From the IMG/VR virus record IMGVR_UViG_3300024308_000188, positions 1 through 64,000 of that record: DNA of 64,000 nucleotides. One strand, 5' to 3'. Both the position numbers and the translations under genes were made by a program. How positions within the stretch are numbered: the first letter of the stretch is position 1; each line of letters opens with the position of its first letter. The notes beneath the pieces were generated by a model that was not told the origin of the DNA, did no database searches, and saw nothing but the letters and a program-made list of their open reading frames with translations. Of this stretch, positions 62,388 to 64,000 are shown one piece after another.

Positions 62388-63998
62388 TTATGGAATACTT
62401 GAATCTGGAACACTGGAGCCATAACTAATGCGCCAAGTGATCGCAGGGCCATAAGGGAATGTAACACGATAAACATAATACTGCTTGCCATTAACAGTGA
62501 CTTCTTCAGCACTATTAAATGTACCATCGCTTGCAGTTGTTCCAGCGCCATCCCAAGAACCAGCAACATTATTACCAGTGTTGACAATATAAATGTAACC
62601 CCAAGATTTAGGATACATAATATAAGCCAACGATTGCATGTTAGTGCTTGCACCAGTAGTGAATGTTTCGTTGTTTACTCCAGTTAAAGTTCCTGTCAAC
62701 AAATCATAGAATGCAGATGTTGCGTAATCTGCTTTTAAGTTTTGCTGTGGAGCCATACCAAAACGTGGAGAAATGTCAGTGCTAATTGCTTTTGCGTTAA
62801 TTGTGTAACTGGCGTTAGCGGTGCCACCGTCATTCACATAACTTGCAATTAATTGCACTGTGCGGTTTTGATCTAAACTCAATGGAACTGAAACAAGAAT
62901 ATTGTTACTGTTATTTGGATCAACAACAGCAGTTATTCCATAGTTTGGTGACGCAATTGAGAACGTAACTTGTCCACTGTTTGCTGCTATAGCTGTCCAC
63001 TGTGTTGGAGTGAATGACATTTTTGCAGCAAGTTTGAAATCTTCTGTTGTTCCTGCATTCACGTTAATGCTGGTAACAGCACCATCATAGTTTGCTGGAG
63101 CAACACTGGCTTCAAATATTTTCAGTGTGTTTGGTGTATTTAAACGAGCGCGAATAGTTAAGTTTTGCTCAACCGCATAATCAACACCGTTATAAGTTAC
63201 AACAACACGAATACGAACTGTTTGGTTCGCAGTTATATTGTTTGGAACTAAAGTTGCAGATCCGTCAGTTGGATGTTCTGTGATAGAGGCATGAGCGCCA
63301 CCATTCACAATACTCCAGACTGTACGTGTACTATCTGTAACCGCAAGTGTTGTGTTATTATCAAAACGAATACGACTACGGAAAACTTGAGGCTGATCTT
63401 CAAAGAAGTCAGTTAATCCGTTATAAATTTCGGCACCTGTTGGAACAGCAACATCAGTAACAGTAATATTCATACTGTCATTTAAAGTTACTCCACCTTC
63501 AATATAGCTGGCGTTTAATCGTACCGTTGTATTTGTTGTAACACTTCCAGCAGTACCAGTTGCTACACCACCATTTTGATTTACAGCAAGTACAGCTGTA
63601 TTCTCGCTTGCGAAAATATTAGTTGTGTTATAAACAACTATACTTCCATCGCTGTATGTAACACGGAAAGTAAATACAAAACTTTCACCTTCCATTAATG
63701 TAGCCGGACTTGGGCCAATAATTGCAAGCGATTGTGGGACAACAGGAGCTTCAATAACTGTAACTTGTTTTGTTGCTGTAGCAGTAGCGCCACCAAAACT
63801 ATAGGTTGCAGTAAGAATTGTTGGAGTAGCTGCGTTAACTTCACCAACAGTTAGACTTCTGTTTGGATTTATCGACACAAGTGCCGGAGAGTTTGTAACA
63901 AAAGTAAGTGGAGTTACAATTGACTGCGAGTTATCGCTGAAAGTTGCACGTACACTATAAACACTTGACGTTGTGTTTTCAGTTACTTCATCAGCACC
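62388..63998 (-). CDS. Large Ig-like (Big_2-type) repeat fibre protein, 5' truncated by window edge
   Basis: Frame stays open from the window end (GADEVTENTTSSVYSVRATFSDNS...). About 90-100 aa repeats of LAIIGP...VTYSDG...ASY. Confidence 0.75.
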   Translation of the reverse strand, partial: GADEVTENTTSSVYSVRATFSDNSQSIVTPLTFVTNSPALVSINPNRSLTVGEVNAATPTILTATYSFGGATATATKQVTVIEAPVVPQSLAIIGPSPATLMEGESFVFTFRVTYSDGSIVVYNTTNIFASENTAVLAVNQNGGVATGTAGSVTTNTTVRLNASYIEGGVTLNDSMNITVTDVAVPTGAEIYNGLTDFFEDQPQVFRSRIRFDNNTTLAVTDSTRTVWSIVNGGAHASITEHPTDGSATLVPNNITANQTVRIRVVVTYNGVDYAVEQNLTIRARLNTPNTLKIFEASVAPANYDGAVTSINVNAGTTEDFKLAAKMSFTPTQWTAIAANSGQVTFSIASPNYGITAVVDPNNSNNILVSVPLSLDQNRTVQLIASYVNDGGTANASYTINAKAISTDISPRFGMAPQQNLKADYATSAFYDLLTGTLTGVNNETFTTGASTNMQSLAYIMYPKSWGYIYIVNTGNNVAGSWDGAGTTASDGTFNSAEEVTVNGKQYYVYRVTFPYGPAITWRISYGSSVPDSSIP

Positions 63999-64000
63999 TA

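Overview
This window is 64 kb of an AT-rich jumbo myovirus genome, almost entirely coded on the minus strand. It resembles, from memory, the Lu11/PaBG/Y3/RSL1 type of large myoviruses. Host-like groES-groEL and HDOD genes point to a gammaproteobacterial host. It holds the virion morphogenesis region: Ig-like fibre proteins, prohead protease, acidic scaffold, capsid accessory protein, major capsid protein, sheath, two tube-like proteins, hub chaperones, tape measure, baseplate hub and spike. Interspersed are an NAD-dependent DNA ligase, a Nudix hydrolase, topoisomerase IB, Acb1, an MmcB-like nuclease, and GNAT, STAS-like, HDOD, ART-like and zincin genes. The strongest unexplained signal is a shared short N-terminal leader, M-K/R-(hydrophobic beta strand)-S-x-S-(small). 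It sits on about 20 otherwise unrelated proteins, including TopIB, Nudix and an ART-like protein. The same S/A-x-S motif recurs about 20 times in the scaffold, in the capsid protein N-terminus and at domain boundaries of other proteins. I interpret this as a portable capsid-targeting and protease-cleavage tag that defines a packaged, ejected cargo set (inference). Two structured intergenic RNA candidates also stand out: one with a perfect 15-nt complement to the 16S rRNA 3' end plus minigenes, and one possibly pseudoknotted element downstream of the capsid gene. No tRNA, rRNA gene, CRISPR array or IS element was found. All family assignments come from motif recognition by eye, not database searches.
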